A stretch of DNA of 64,000 bases from Porticoccaceae bacterium (GCA_021773435.1 JAJFKC010000026.1:40108-104107); one strand, 5' to 3'; positions 39,094 to 49,820 are shown, counted from the first letter of the stretch. The notes: a model not told the origin generated them from the sequence alone. Program-made: numbers and translations.

Positions 39094-39219
39094 CTATCTT
39101 TCGATTGCGGGAGGGGCGTGGGAAGATATTTTCAGCGCGATCCAAAAAAGACCTGCTCATCCCATTAAGCAGAATAAAAAGTAGCCGGATAATGAATAGC
39201 CGACGAAAGCCAAGCCGAC

Positions 39220-39456
39220 TCAAGCAGCCTGCCATTCAGACGGGGTATAAAGCTTCATGTTGACGGCGTGGATAGTGCCCTCGGCAATATGCTCTTTCAG
39301 CACGGCATAAACATGCTGCTGTCTTTGCACAGGCCGCTTGCCAGTAAAAACTTCGCCTACCACGGTGACGCTCAAATGATTGCCCTCACCCTCGAGATGG
39401 ATCTGGCAATCATTAAGCGCAGCGGTCAACAACTGTTCAATTTCTTCTATATTCAT
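39220..39456 (-). CDS. ibaG: BolA family protein IbaG
   Basis: 78 aa with a BolA-like fold (…VVGEVFTGKRPVQRQQHVYAVL…HA…KLYTP.EW). Conserved position upstream of murA. Confidence 0.85.
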   Translation of the reverse strand: MNIEEIEQLLTAALNDCQIHLEGEGNHLSVTVVGEVFTGKRPVQRQQHVYAVLKEHIAEGTIHAVNMKLYTPSEWQAA

Positions 39457-39554
39457 TCTTCTATATTCATTCTTCTATTGCCCTCGCCGAACTGTCTAGT
39501 TGAGCAGGCAGATTTAAGCATGACCGTTCGCTGAGCCAATCGGCGCTGAGTTAA

Positions 39555-40262
39555 TTAAAGTGCCTGGGAGTCCCAGCCAGCAATGACAGCATCAATATCG
39601 CCACCGTTCTTTTGCGAAGCCTGTACGAACTGGTTGCGAAACGTTTTGCCCAGATTAATGCCATTGATTATGACATTAATAATTCGCCACTGCGCGTCCT
39701 TACCCAGACCCATAGTGTACTCAAGAGGATAGTTTCCGTCGGCACCGCGAATTTCCTGGCGCACCGTGATTTTGCGTTTCTCTTTGTAATCATCCCCGCC
39801 CGGCAGTACGACAATCTCCTGGTCACCGTAACTCAATAAACCGCGCCCGTAAGTGCTGACCAGGCCAGTTCGAAAGGTCGCCGCAAAAAGCTTACGCTGC
39901 TCAGCAGATGCCGGCTTCCCGTAAGGACCCATGACATTGCGCGCAATCCAGGGGAAGTCAATTACCTTGCCCAGGGTCGTATCAATATCGTCAAAGAAAC
40001 AGCGCAAACCCGCTTCCTGGTCAGTCTTGGAGCCGCCGGCATCTATTTTAGCGCGGTGTCTGGCAATCGTCGCCACAACGTCTGCCGTCACTGCCTCAAT
40101 AAGTGCGTAGGGCGATACAATTTGCTCAGCGTCGGCCTCGTTAGCCTCTTCTCCATCGACCCCGTCTCCACTAAGCACTTCTCCACTGAATAGGGCGGAG
40201 ACTGACAATAAGCTCACTGCTAATAAAGAGGTCAATACCCCCACCTTAGAAAACGACCACAT
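39555..40262 (-). CDS. mlaC: MlaC/Ttg2D-family periplasmic phospholipid-binding protein
   Basis: Signal peptide. VIDFPWIARNVMGPYGKPASAEQRKLFAATFRTGLVSTYG and WRIINVIINGINLGKTFRNQF align by eye with MlaC. Confidence 0.75.
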   Translation of the reverse strand: MWSFSKVGVLTSLLAVSLLSVSALFSGEVLSGDGVDGEEANEADAEQIVSPYALIEAVTADVVATIARHRAKIDAGGSKTDQEAGLRCFFDDIDTTLGKVIDFPWIARNVMGPYGKPASAEQRKLFAATFRTGLVSTYGRGLLSYGDQEIVVLPGGDDYKEKRKITVRQEIRGADGNYPLEYTMGLGKDAQWRIINVIINGINLGKTFRNQFVQASQKNGGDIDAVIAGWDSQAL

Positions 40263-40568
40263 ATTAATAAATTCCCGTAATTTCGAACTATGACAAACTA
40301 TGAGCAGGAAAATTTCGCCTTAGGGAAATTTACTACCCGCTTGCCACATGCCTTACTAAATGGCCACTACCAAATCAAAGGCTATAAAGCCAATCAATTG
40401 ATAGAAAATTAACGCATTGAAGGCTGACTTTTGAAGCGCCGCACTATACCATTCAGGCCCTTTTTTGGGAAACAACCGCGCTAGCGCGAAACCCCAACAT
40501 TGCTGGCCCATAGTAGTCGGCATACCGACCTAATTCTTAAGGTAATCGCAGGAGTTCTCCCCCCGGAG

Positions 40569-41552
40569 ATGAACGAAGTACAAATCGCTTTCGTCGCGCT
40601 GATTCTTGGCTTAGTCACTTTAGTCTGGGGCGCCGATCATTTCGTCAGCGCCGCTGCCCGCGGCGCGAAAACCCTGGGCGTTTCACCCATTGTTATCGGC
40701 CTGACGGTGGTCGCCTTTGGCACGTCGGCACCCGAGATTATCGTCTCGATAAACTCAGCTTTTCAGCAGGCTGGCGAATTGGCGGTGGGTAATGCGCTCG
40801 GCTCAAACCTGGCCAATATCGGCCTGGTACTCGGTATTACCGCCCTGGTTAAGCCTGTGCCCGCCCAACGTCATCTAATCTCTCAGGAAGGCCCTATACT
40901 TTTTTTGATCACCCTGCTGACCGGCCTGTGCTTATACAACGCCTATCTCGGGCGACTCGAAAGCATTTTGATGTTATCGATCACCCCGGTACTGCTGTGG
41001 ATCACGATAAAATACAAGCGGAAACACCCGGATACCGAAGAAAAAGAGTTTGTCGAAGATATTGCCGCTATATCTCGGAAAGCCGCTGCGACCGGTTTTA
41101 TTATTGGTCTGGCCACCATGCTGATAGCCTCATATGGCCTCGTATGGGGCGCCAAAATAATTGCTCTGGAATTGGGTGTCAGCGAGCTGATTATAGGCCT
41201 GACCATTGTTGCAATCGGTACCAGCTTGCCGGAACTTGCGGCATCGATAGCGGGCACACTAAGAGGTCACCACGATATCGCCATCGGCAATGTATTCGGC
41301 TCAAATATGTTTAATTTGCTTGTCGTCATGCCCGCTGCGGGGATCATTGCCCCCCTTAAACTCAGTAACGAAGTATTTGTTCGTGACTTCATGGCGGTAA
41401 GCGTGGTGACCATCATCCTGATCGGCACCATCACCTTCAAGCACTGGCGTAACCAAAACCCCAGTCAAACCATTTTTGTATCCAGACGATTTGGTATCGT
41501 TTTACTGTCTTGCTACATCCTTTACTTTGTTATTCTAGCACCGACCAGCTAA
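40569..41552 (+). CDS. yrbG: Ca2+/Na+ antiporter (CaCA family, YrbG-like)
   Basis: Two alpha-repeats: GTSAPE…GNALGSN and GTSLPEL…GNVFGSN. The ATG at 40569 follows GGAG. Confidence 0.85.
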   Translation: MNEVQIAFVALILGLVTLVWGADHFVSAAARGAKTLGVSPIVIGLTVVAFGTSAPEIIVSINSAFQQAGELAVGNALGSNLANIGLVLGITALVKPVPAQRHLISQEGPILFLITLLTGLCLYNAYLGRLESILMLSITPVLLWITIKYKRKHPDTEEKEFVEDIAAISRKAAATGFIIGLATMLIASYGLVWGAKIIALELGVSELIIGLTIVAIGTSLPELAASIAGTLRGHHDIAIGNVFGSNMFNLLVVMPAAGIIAPLKLSNEVFVRDFMAVSVVTIILIGTITFKHWRNQNPSQTIFVSRRFGIVLLSCYILYFVILAPTS

Positions 41553-41678
41553 CTGACCTGTCGCCTGCGTACCGTTATACTAGGGCATGTTAAATGTCCA
41601 ACTAAATGCCCGACTGAATCAAACACCAACTAATAAACCACCAATTTGCAGTAAAACCTGAAGCCCGCCCTTAAGCCA

Positions 41679-42662
41679 ATGCCCGAGCCAAAACCTGCCA
41701 ACGATTTCATCACCCCCGCACTGCGCACCATTGCTATGGAATCCCAGGCGGTTGCGCTCCTCAAAGAGCGGGTCGATCACACCTTTGTCGAATCCTGTGA
41801 GCTCATTTTGCGCTGCAAAGGCCGCGTGATCGTTACCGGTATGGGCAAGTCCGGGCATATCGGTAATAAAATTGCGTCGACCCTTGCGAGCACTGGGACA
41901 CCGGCTTTTTTTGTCCACCCTGGCGAAGCCAGCCATGGGGATCTGGGCATGATTACCCGTGCAGACCTCGTAATTGCTATTTCGAACTCAGGGGAAACAA
42001 GAGAAGTGCTGACCTTACTGCCGCTGATTAAACGACTCAATATCCCCTTGATTAGCATGGCTGGGGACAGCCAATCCACCCTCGCAAAAGCCGCCAATGT
42101 CAACCTTGATATCAGCGTTAGCGAAGAAGCCTGCCCTCTTGATCTCGCACCTACCACCAGCACTACCGTCACTTTGGTAGCCGGCGACGCCCTGGCTATC
42201 GCCCTGCTTGAAGCCCGCGGGTTTACCGAGCGGGATTTCGCTTTTTCTCATCCCGGCGGCGCGCTGGGACGCAAATTGCTCCTGCGCGTCAGTGACATCA
42301 TGCACTCGGGTGACGCCATACCCCGTGTGCTAGAGACAACGCCTCTGAGTGCGGCATTGCTCGAAATGACCTCAAAAGGTTTTGGCATGACCACAGTCGT
42401 CAACGAAGACAACAAGCTAGTTGGTGTATTTACTGACGGCGATCTACGCCGCGCTGTGGACAAAAAAATTAACATCAACCTGGCGCTTACCGGCGATATA
42501 ATGACCCGCAACTGCCAAACCGTCAGTGGACAGATGCTTGCCGCCGAAGCCTTGAAAATTATGGAAGATCTCAAAATCACTGCAGTGATCGTAGAGGATG
42601 ACGAAAAAGCCCCATCAGGCGTTTTACATATGCACGACATCCTGCGTGCTGGCGTGGTCTGA
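41679..42662 (+). CDS. kdsD: Arabinose-5-phosphate isomerase
   Basis: SIS domain (VTGMGKSGHIG.KIA) plus tandem CBS domains. Confidence 0.9.
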   Translation: MPEPKPANDFITPALRTIAMESQAVALLKERVDHTFVESCELILRCKGRVIVTGMGKSGHIGNKIASTLASTGTPAFFVHPGEASHGDLGMITRADLVIAISNSGETREVLTLLPLIKRLNIPLISMAGDSQSTLAKAANVNLDISVSEEACPLDLAPTTSTTVTLVAGDALAIALLEARGFTERDFAFSHPGGALGRKLLLRVSDIMHSGDAIPRVLETTPLSAALLEMTSKGFGMTTVVNEDNKLVGVFTDGDLRRAVDKKININLALTGDIMTRNCQTVSGQMLAAEALKIMEDLKITAVIVEDDEKAPSGVLHMHDILRAGVV

Positions 42663-43234
42663 TGACGCAGACCACAAAACTGCGGGCGGCCGATGAAGCG
42701 GCCCAACAAATTCGTCTGCTGCTACTCGACGTTGATGGCGTACTCACCGATGGTCGGCTCTACTACGGCGATGACGGGCACGAGTTCAAAGCCTTTAATG
42801 TCAAAGATGGCCTGGGCATAAAATTATTGCAGCGGGGCGACATTGACGTTGGCATTGTCACCGCTCGACAATCTTCACTATTGAGCAGACGTTGCGCCGA
42901 ACTCGGTATCGAAATAGTGATACAGGGCCGTGAAGACAAACTCATTGCTGTGCGCGAACTCCTCGAAGAAACCTCACTGACTGAAAGCCAGGTCGCCTTT
43001 ATGGGCGACGATTTGCCAGATCTCGCCGCCATACAAACAGTTGGCCTGGGTATGACGGTAGCTGACGCCAATCATGTCTTGGTCGACCAGTCACTCTGGC
43101 AATCCCAATATCCGGGTGGTGGTGGCGCGGTAAGGGAAGCCGCAGAATTTATCCTCGGTGCTCAGGGCAAACTTGACCAGCAAGTTTCCACGTATTCGTC
43201 GTCAGCAAAATTCGACACACGCCACAATGAGTAG
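42662..43234 (+). CDS. kdsC: KDO 8-phosphate phosphatase
   Basis: HAD motif LLLDVDGVLTDG and GDDLPD. The ATG overlaps the kdsD TGA. Confidence 0.9.
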   Translation: MTQTTKLRAADEAAQQIRLLLLDVDGVLTDGRLYYGDDGHEFKAFNVKDGLGIKLLQRGDIDVGIVTARQSSLLSRRCAELGIEIVIQGREDKLIAVRELLEETSLTESQVAFMGDDLPDLAAIQTVGLGMTVADANHVLVDQSLWQSQYPGGGGAVREAAEFILGAQGKLDQQVSTYSSSAKFDTRHNE

Positions 43235-43241
43235 TCAGTAG

Positions 43242-43811
43242 ATGAAAAATGCCTTGATGATCTTAATGCTTGCAACTGCATTGGTAGTCTTTGTGATTTT
43301 TTGGGATTCACCGCCGGAAGTGTTTCTCAACAGAGACAACCCTCCCGAGGCAACGGTATCGCAAGCTAATAGCTATATGATTAATAGTGAGACCCGCAAA
43401 TATGACCAGCTGGGCCTTACTTCATTCGTGTTGAACACCAGTAGGGGACAGTTTTTTAAACGCCAAAATAAATTTGTTATGGATGATCCGAAAATAAAAG
43501 CCAATGGTGATACCCCAGCTCAGGCGCCCTGGCATTTGACAGCCAGTACCGGCGAGGTCTTCAATCGCGGCAAACGGGTGGTGATGCATGGCGATGTTCA
43601 TGCCTGGCAGGAGGCACCCGACGGAAAGACGGAACTCAACACACCTCATCTGGTCTTTTATCCAGACACCAATATAGCGAAAACCAAATACCGAGTTACG
43701 CTACGCTCCCCGGGATCTAAAATTAACGGTGTCGGTATGAAAGCGAATTTAAAGCAGCAATTCTTCCAGTTATTATCAAAGGTCAAAAGTAAACACCGTG
43801 CAGCTCAATAA
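43242..43811 (+). CDS. lptC: LPS export protein LptC
   Basis: N-terminal anchor, OstA-like beta-jellyroll length, and the position between kdsC and lptA. Confidence 0.8.
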   Translation: MKNALMILMLATALVVFVIFWDSPPEVFLNRDNPPEATVSQANSYMINSETRKYDQLGLTSFVLNTSRGQFFKRQNKFVMDDPKIKANGDTPAQAPWHLTASTGEVFNRGKRVVMHGDVHAWQEAPDGKTELNTPHLVFYPDTNIAKTKYRVTLRSPGSKINGVGMKANLKQQFFQLLSKVKSKHRAAQ

Positions 43812-43827
43812 ACAACTTAAGGCGATT

Positions 43828-44466
43828 ATGCGACCAAACATTAAGGCACTTGTCCGATCCGAGGCGGCATTGCTGTTTGTCGTGACGGCTCTTCTTGCCA
43901 CGGCCACCAACACCTTAGCCCTCCCCACTGATCATCTTCAGGCCATCAGCATTGAGTCCGATCGCGTCCAACGCAACGACAAAACCGGACTCACCATTTA
44001 CGAGGGCGCGGTCAATATGATTCAGGGCACGATCAATATTAAAGCTGACAAAATCACCGTGCACACGGCGCAGGATAAAGTCAGCAAAATTGTTTGCCTG
44101 GGAACCCCCGCCCATTATCAGCAGCAACCCGAATTAGACAGCGGCCTCGTCACTGCGCGGGCCAATACCATCGAATACAGGTTAGATCAGGATGTTATCG
44201 TTCTCACTAAAGATGCCAGCTTAAGCCAGGACGGATCAACCTTGAAAGGCGATGTAATTAATTACGACCTGAAAAACGAGCTGGTCGAAGCCCGTGGCGA
44301 TATAACCGGTAAGCAACGAATACAAATGGTTATTCCGCCCAACCAGCAACAGAACCCCCAAACAACTCCGGCGACCAAAAAGGCAATTACGGTGCAACCC
44401 GTAACACAAACCGCGCCACAAACCACACCACAATCTACACCACAAACCGATCAGGCAACACAATAG
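43828..44466 (+). CDS. lptA: LPS transport periplasmic protein LptA, with a Gln/Thr/Pro-rich C-terminal tail
   Basis: Signal peptide, then I.I.SD….YEG.V…QGT..I.ADK..V. The ATG at 43828 is preferred over the GTG at 43798. Confidence 0.85.
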   Translation: MRPNIKALVRSEAALLFVVTALLATATNTLALPTDHLQAISIESDRVQRNDKTGLTIYEGAVNMIQGTINIKADKITVHTAQDKVSKIVCLGTPAHYQQQPELDSGLVTARANTIEYRLDQDVIVLTKDASLSQDGSTLKGDVINYDLKNELVEARGDITGKQRIQMVIPPNQQQNPQTTPATKKAITVQPVTQTAPQTTPQSTPQTDQATQ

Positions 44467-45191
44467 TGGCCGAACTGCAGGCCCAGGAGCTAGCCAAAAG
44501 TTACCGCAAGAAAAGGGTAGTGAATGGCGTGTCATTATCCGTGGCCAGCGGCCAGATCGTCGGCCTGCTAGGCCCCAATGGGGCAGGCAAGACCACCTGC
44601 TTCTATATGATAGTGGGGCTTGTCCACCAGGACTCCGGAAATGTACTTATAGATGACGAAGACATTACCGGGCTGCCCATGCACGGTCGCGCCCGTCGCG
44701 GCATCGGTTATCTACCCCAGGAAGCCTCTGTGTTTCGACGGCTTAGTGTTGAAAACAACATCATGGCTATTCTTGAAACCCGCCGAGAACTCACCGTCGC
44801 GCAGCGCAAGGAAAAACTTGAAGAGCTACTGGAAGAGTTTCATATCAGCCATCTTCACGATAATCTGGGCATGAGCTTGTCGGGTGGCGAGCGGCGACGA
44901 GTCGAAATTGCCCGCGCGCTCGCCACGGAACCCGCATTTATTTTGCTTGATGAGCCTTTTGCTGGTGTCGACCCTATCTCGGTTAATGACATCAAAACCA
45001 TCATCACCCATCTGGGAGACAAAGGTATCGGTGTCTTAATAACCGATCACAATGTCAGAGAAACCCTCGATATTTGTGAACATGCATATATTGTCGATGA
45101 AGGTAAGGTTATAGCGAAAGGCACCGCTAGCGAAATTCTAGATAATGCCGATGTCCGCCGGGTCTATCTTGGTGAACACTTCTCTATCTAA
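44466..45191 (+). CDS. lptB: LPS export ABC transporter ATPase LptB
   Basis: Walker [10 protein letters not shown], signature LSGGERRR, Walker B ILLDEP. Confidence 0.95.
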   Translation: MAELQAQELAKSYRKKRVVNGVSLSVASGQIVGLLGPNGAGKTTCFYMIVGLVHQDSGNVLIDDEDITGLPMHGRARRGIGYLPQEASVFRRLSVENNIMAILETRRELTVAQRKEKLEELLEEFHISHLHDNLGMSLSGGERRRVEIARALATEPAFILLDEPFAGVDPISVNDIKTIITHLGDKGIGVLITDHNVRETLDICEHAYIVDEGKVIAKGTASEILDNADVRRVYLGEHFSI

Positions 45192-45412
45192 ACAAGCCAC
45201 CAAATAACCGACCATACACCAACCACTACACCAATCTAAGCGCTACTAACAACAACACTCTAGGGGATTAATTAGAGTGTCATTTACTTGGAGTACCATT
45301 CAGCGCCAAAATTTGCCTTTCGGCACATATATTGCCTTGTCGTTTGATCCGATGCTAACCGGACGCTACACTTAAGATACAAAACGCTAGCATCGAGGAT
45401 CATTACCTACTA

Positions 45413-46972
45413 ATGAAACAAAGCCTACAACTTAAAATTGGTCATCAATTATCGATGACACCTCAATTGCAGCAAGCCATTAAATTGTTGCAATTATCAT
45501 CGCTCGATCTCCAGTTAGAAATTCAACAGGCACTATATTCAAACCCTATGCTGGAACTAGTGGATGAGGTCGCGCAGACGGATAACCCCGATGACACTTT
45601 AAATAACAACGACACGCAACCCGAGGCTCCACCAAAAAGGCTAGAGGAGATCGAATGGAGCGAGGAGATACCCGAAGCATTACCCCTCGACGCTCAGTGG
45701 GAGGACATTTACACCAATAGTCCTGACACAAATTCATCTGATTCTTCAGCCTCCCAAATCTCGTCCAGTAGCTCATCGAACTCTTTATCTAACAAGTCGA
45801 CATCAAACAGCGGCGAAAGCCGAAACTTTGAAGAATTTCATAGTGCTGCAGAATCCCTTCAAGACCACCTGTTATGGCAACTCAATCTGACATCCATTTC
45901 CGATGTCGACCGGGTGATTGCAACAACAATTATCGATAATATTTTGGACAATGGGTTCCTGGAGAGCACTATAGAACAGCTATGGCAATCGATTTACGCA
46001 GGTAGTGAATATGATTCACAGCTACCAGCAGAACGTGTTGAGTTGGACGAAATGATTGCTGTCTTACATCGTATACAACAATTTGACCCTCCCGGCGTCG
46101 CTGCCACCGATTTGCGAGAATGTCTACTCATCCAGCTAAACCAACTTAGCCCTGATACTCATTGGCTCAAGGAAGCCCTCTCCCTGGTCGAGCATCATCT
46201 GCCGCTAATCGCAGAACGTAATTTGCCGTTGTTGGCACGCAAGTCCGGGCTCGAAGAGAGTTCAATTGAAGCGGTGATCACGCTGCTCCAGACACTCTCG
46301 CCCCGCCCTGGAGATTGCATCGACAATAAGGGCTCGGGTTACATCGAACCAGATGTGTCAGTAAGAAAAATTGAGGGGCGCTGGCTGGTGACACTTAATT
46401 CTGACCTGACGCCAACCCTGTGTATCAATCAGCAATACGCAAAACTAGTGCAGCGTGCTAACGGTAGCGAAGACAATAATTTTCTAAGAGATAATTTACA
46501 GGAAGCCCGCTGGTTTTTGCGCAGCCTCGAAAGTCGCAACGAAACACTGATGAGAGTCAGCCGGACCATTGTCGAAAAACAGGCGGATTTCCTGGATCGA
46601 GGGGCAGAGGCTATGAAACCAATGGTTCTGGCCGACATTGCTGAACTTCTCGGTCTCCATGAATCAACCATCTCCAGGGTCACAACACAAAAATATATGG
46701 ACACTCCGAGGGGCGTCTACGAGCTGAAATATTTTTTTTCCAGCCACGTCAATACCGCTACTGGTGGAGAGTGTTCATCGACCGCAATTCGCGCTATGCT
46801 GAAAAGAATGATCGCAATTGAACCCAACAAAAAACCTCTAAGCGACAGCAAACTGGCGGTGATGCTGCAAGCTGAAGGGATTCAGGTCGCCCGGCGTACA
46901 GTTGCCAAATATCGTGAAAGTATGCGTATTCCATCTTCGAGCGATCGCAAACGATTTAAACAAAATGCCTGA
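45413..46972 (+). CDS. rpoN: RNA polymerase sigma-54
   Basis: Region I MKQSLQLK..QQL.MTPQLQQAIKLLQL, the RpoN box ARRTVAKYR, and a Ser-rich region II. Confidence 0.95.
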   Translation: MKQSLQLKIGHQLSMTPQLQQAIKLLQLSSLDLQLEIQQALYSNPMLELVDEVAQTDNPDDTLNNNDTQPEAPPKRLEEIEWSEEIPEALPLDAQWEDIYTNSPDTNSSDSSASQISSSSSSNSLSNKSTSNSGESRNFEEFHSAAESLQDHLLWQLNLTSISDVDRVIATTIIDNILDNGFLESTIEQLWQSIYAGSEYDSQLPAERVELDEMIAVLHRIQQFDPPGVAATDLRECLLIQLNQLSPDTHWLKEALSLVEHHLPLIAERNLPLLARKSGLEESSIEAVITLLQTLSPRPGDCIDNKGSGYIEPDVSVRKIEGRWLVTLNSDLTPTLCINQQYAKLVQRANGSEDNNFLRDNLQEARWFLRSLESRNETLMRVSRTIVEKQADFLDRGAEAMKPMVLADIAELLGLHESTISRVTTQKYMDTPRGVYELKYFFSSHVNTATGGECSSTAIRAMLKRMIAIEPNKKPLSDSKLAVMLQAEGIQVARRTVAKYRESMRIPSSSDRKRFKQNA

Positions 46973-47062
46973 CTGATCCACCATCTACCCAATGCCAGTA
47001 AATACTAATCAAGTAACTAGCAAGGTCCCCTGGAATAAGACATCCCTGAAAAGGAGCAACAT

Positions 47063-47350
47063 ATGCAGTTAACCATCAGTGGCCACCATCTCGATATCAC
47101 CGACGCCATTCATGATTATGTCACCAACAAGGTTAACCGGCTTGAACGCCACAACGACCACATCACCAATATCTCGGTCATCTTATCTGTCGATAAATTA
47201 ATACAAAAAGCCGAAGCGACCGTGCATGGTAGCGGCGCCGAATTTTTTGCCCATTGCGAACACGAAGATCTCTACGCGGCAATTGATGCGCTGACCGACA
47301 AACTCGACCGCCAACTCATTAAACGTAAAGAAAAACTACGAGGCCGCTAG
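47063..47350 (+). CDS. hpf: Ribosome hibernation promoting factor (short HPF)
   Basis: MQLTISGHHLDITDAI.DYV..K..RLERH. Confidence 0.9.
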   Translation: MQLTISGHHLDITDAIHDYVTNKVNRLERHNDHITNISVILSVDKLIQKAEATVHGSGAEFFAHCEHEDLYAAIDALTDKLDRQLIKRKEKLRGR

Positions 47351-47358
47351 ATACCGAT

Positions 47359-47811
47359 ATGAATATCGCTGAGGTACTCACCCCGGAGCGAACCTGCTGC
47401 AATATGCCCGGCGTCAGCAAAAAAAGAGTTCTTGAGTTTATCTCAACTTTTCTTGCCGATAAGACTGACTATATCGATGCCGACACGGTCTACCATGGCC
47501 TGCTCGACAGGGAACGTCTGGGTAGTACTGGCATTGGTGAAGGTATTGCGATCCCACACTGCCGCCTTCCAGGCTGCCCCAAAATAACCGGGGTGCTACT
47601 AAAACTTCAAACACCCGTGGACTTCGATGCCAACGATGATGCTGAAGTCGATCTGGTTTTTGCCCTGATCGTGCCGGATGAACAGAACGATGATCATCTT
47701 CAAGCCTTGTCCAGCATTGCCGAACTTATGCAATCCGACGAGATGCGGCAAAAACTCCGCGATTGCCACACCAGCGACACCTTGTATCAGATAGCCATAT
47801 CCGGCCATTAG
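47359..47811 (+). CDS. ptsN: PTS(Ntr) EIIA nitrogen regulatory protein
   Basis: ERLGSTGIGEGIAIPH contains the phosphorylatable His. Confidence 0.9.
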   Translation: MNIAEVLTPERTCCNMPGVSKKRVLEFISTFLADKTDYIDADTVYHGLLDRERLGSTGIGEGIAIPHCRLPGCPKITGVLLKLQTPVDFDANDDAEVDLVFALIVPDEQNDDHLQALSSIAELMQSDEMRQKLRDCHTSDTLYQIAISGH

Positions 47812-47827
47812 CTGTGGTCTCCTAACC

Positions 47828-48706
47828 GTGAACACGGCTTCAAACACTCGACTTGTAGTCGTTAGCGGTCGATCCGGGTCGGGCAAGAGCACCGTCCTAC
47901 ACGTTCTTGAGGATGTCGGCTTTACCTGCATTGATAACCTTCCCATCGGCATGTTGGCTGGCCTCTTCGAGCATTTACAAAGCAGTAAACTAAGTAGCCC
48001 TGGCAAAATCGCCGTGGGCATTGATGCCCGCAATGCGCTCGGCAAACTCGATCAGTTCCCAATCATCCTTGACCAACTCAAAGCCTCTGGTATCAATTGT
48101 GAAGTGCTTTTCCTGGGCGCAAGCAACAACGCCTTGATCCGCCGTTTTAGTGAAACCCGTCGACGTCATCCGCTTAGCTCAGAATCGGTTGGTTTAAAGA
48201 AAGCCATTGCACTAGATATGGAGATGCTCGAACCCATCGCTGCAAACGCTAGTCGGAATATTGATACCAGTAATATGACGTTGCATCAGCTCCGCGACCT
48301 GATCATGAAACAAATTGTGCCCGAAACTTCCGGCGCTATGGCAGTGTTGTTTCAATCTTTTGGTTTCAAGCGCGGTGTTCCAGTTGATGCCGACTTTGTA
48401 TTCGATGTCCGCTGCCTACCAAACCCCTATTGGAAGACAGAATTAAGGCAGTACAACGGCAATGATTTGCCGGTGATAGAATTCCTCGACTCCCAAATAG
48501 ATGTGGCGGCCATGCTCGCTGACCTAAACGGGTTTTTAACCCGCTGGATCCCTCGATACGCGGCTGCCAACAGAAGCTATCTGACTATAGCCGTGGGTTG
48601 TACCGGTGGCCAGCATCGGTCGGTCTATATGTGCAATCAATTGAGCCAGCAATTTACCCGGCAATACTCAAACATCCAGGTGCAACATCGCGAACTGGAA
48701 AGCTAA
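47828..48706 (+). CDS. rapZ: RNase adapter protein RapZ
   Basis: Walker A SGRSGSGKS, FDVRCLPNPYW, CTGGQHRSV. GTG start. Confidence 0.9.
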   Translation: MNTASNTRLVVVSGRSGSGKSTVLHVLEDVGFTCIDNLPIGMLAGLFEHLQSSKLSSPGKIAVGIDARNALGKLDQFPIILDQLKASGINCEVLFLGASNNALIRRFSETRRRHPLSSESVGLKKAIALDMEMLEPIAANASRNIDTSNMTLHQLRDLIMKQIVPETSGAMAVLFQSFGFKRGVPVDADFVFDVRCLPNPYWKTELRQYNGNDLPVIEFLDSQIDVAAMLADLNGFLTRWIPRYAAANRSYLTIAVGCTGGQHRSVYMCNQLSQQFTRQYSNIQVQHRELES

Positions 48707-48848
48707 AAGTCAAAAAAACTGAATTCTCGAAATAGACCAGAAACTTGACAGCTGTTTCAGTCTCAGGCATTTATGTACTTTGCCTGATGCCCACCGACAA
48801 ATTGTCATCCAGGCTTGAGTGATCCAACCAAAATAAAAATATAACGCC

Positions 48849-49118
48849 ATGATCGAAAAAGACATCGATATTATAAACAAACTCGGCCTACACGCCCGCG
48901 CTGCAGCCAAGCTTGCGAGCACCTGCAACCATTTTGCCTGTTCAATCAAAACCTCTGCCGGAGGTAAATCGATTGACGCCAAAAGCGTCATGTCCCTGAT
49001 GTTACTGGCTGCCGGCCAGGGTACGACACTGCACTTTGAATTTGATGGCAAAGATGAGGCGGAGGCTTACCAACAGGTCAACGATGTGATCGCCGACTAT
49101 TTTGGTGAAGGACAGTAA
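48849..49118 (+). CDS. ptsO: HPr-like phosphocarrier protein NPr
   Basis: INKLGLHARAAAKL contains the active-site His. 89 aa. Confidence 0.85.
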   Translation: MIEKDIDIINKLGLHARAAAKLASTCNHFACSIKTSAGGKSIDAKSVMSLMLLAAGQGTTLHFEFDGKDEAEAYQQVNDVIADYFGEGQ

Positions 49119-49134
49119 CAGTTAGCAAGAGAGC

Positions 49135-49752
49135 CTGCGCTGACTGACCAGCCTGACTGTCATAGTCGTCATCAACAGTATCAAAACGGTTCATCCATGC
49201 GTTTTCCATCACTGGCATAGGTGGTTCAGCGACTGTCGCTGTAGCGCGGGAGCACCTTCATTGATTCGGTCATTAGGGTAGAAATTAACGTAAGCATCCT
49301 GATTGTTACCGCCGCCTTTTGACCGAGCACATACTCGCCATTGCACCGCCGCGCTGGTAATGATTGACTGGACACTTGGCCGCATTGACCTGCAATTGAT
49401 TACATTTGGCACCCACCCGGTAACGGTGGGCGTCCTGATAAGTCAGCAAACGAGTCTGCAACATTTTGCCTGGTGATACACCGATGCCGGGAGCCAGATT
49501 ACTGGGCGCAAACGCCGCCTGTTTGGTTTCAGCAAAATAATTGTCAACATTGCGGTTCCGTTCCAGTTGACCTACCTCGACAAGTGGAAAGTCGGCGTGG
49601 AGCCAAACTTTGGTCAGGTCAAAGGCATTAATTACATAATCCTTCGCCTCGGCTTCGCTCATAACTTTAAGCCTCGCAGTCCAGCCTGGCAAAACGTCTT
49701 TTCCACATGAACTCGATGGTGCAAGCCATCGTGAAATCTGCGCGATGTGCAT
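49135..49752 (-). pseudogene. Monofunctional catalase remnant. The 5' part is deleted and at least two frameshifts are present.
   Basis: Frame A (49306-49752): …NAFDLTKVWLHADFPLVEVGQLERNRNVDNYFAETKQAAFAPSNLAPGIGVSPGKMLQTRLLTYQDAHRYRVG…VNAAKCPVNHYQRGGAM. This matches the central catalase core. Frame B (49209-49412): …GGGNNQDAYVNFYPND… Frame C (about 49135-49250): …RFDTVDDDYDSQAG…, corresponding to the DDDYF.QP region. The N-terminal ~270 aa, including the distal His region, are absent. Confidence 0.75.
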
Positions 49753-49820
49753 CTAGACTATTCACTTGCTTTATTCAGTTAAAACGAATATATCTTTATA
49801 TATCAATCGGACTATACGAC

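Noticed and set aside
45192-45412. Structured RNA in the unusually long lptB-rpoN spacer (hairpin ACACTCTA…TAGAGTGT at about 45256-45280)
   Set aside because: There is only one short hairpin and no recognisable family features. A terminator or attenuator is possible, but I cannot support it without expression or conservation data.
45700-45830. Ser-rich insertion in RpoN (…SSDSSASQISSSSSSNSLSNKSTSNSGE…) as a novel domain
   Set aside because: Region II of sigma-54 is known to vary in length and to be low-complexity and acidic. This is probably lineage-specific variation, not a new function.
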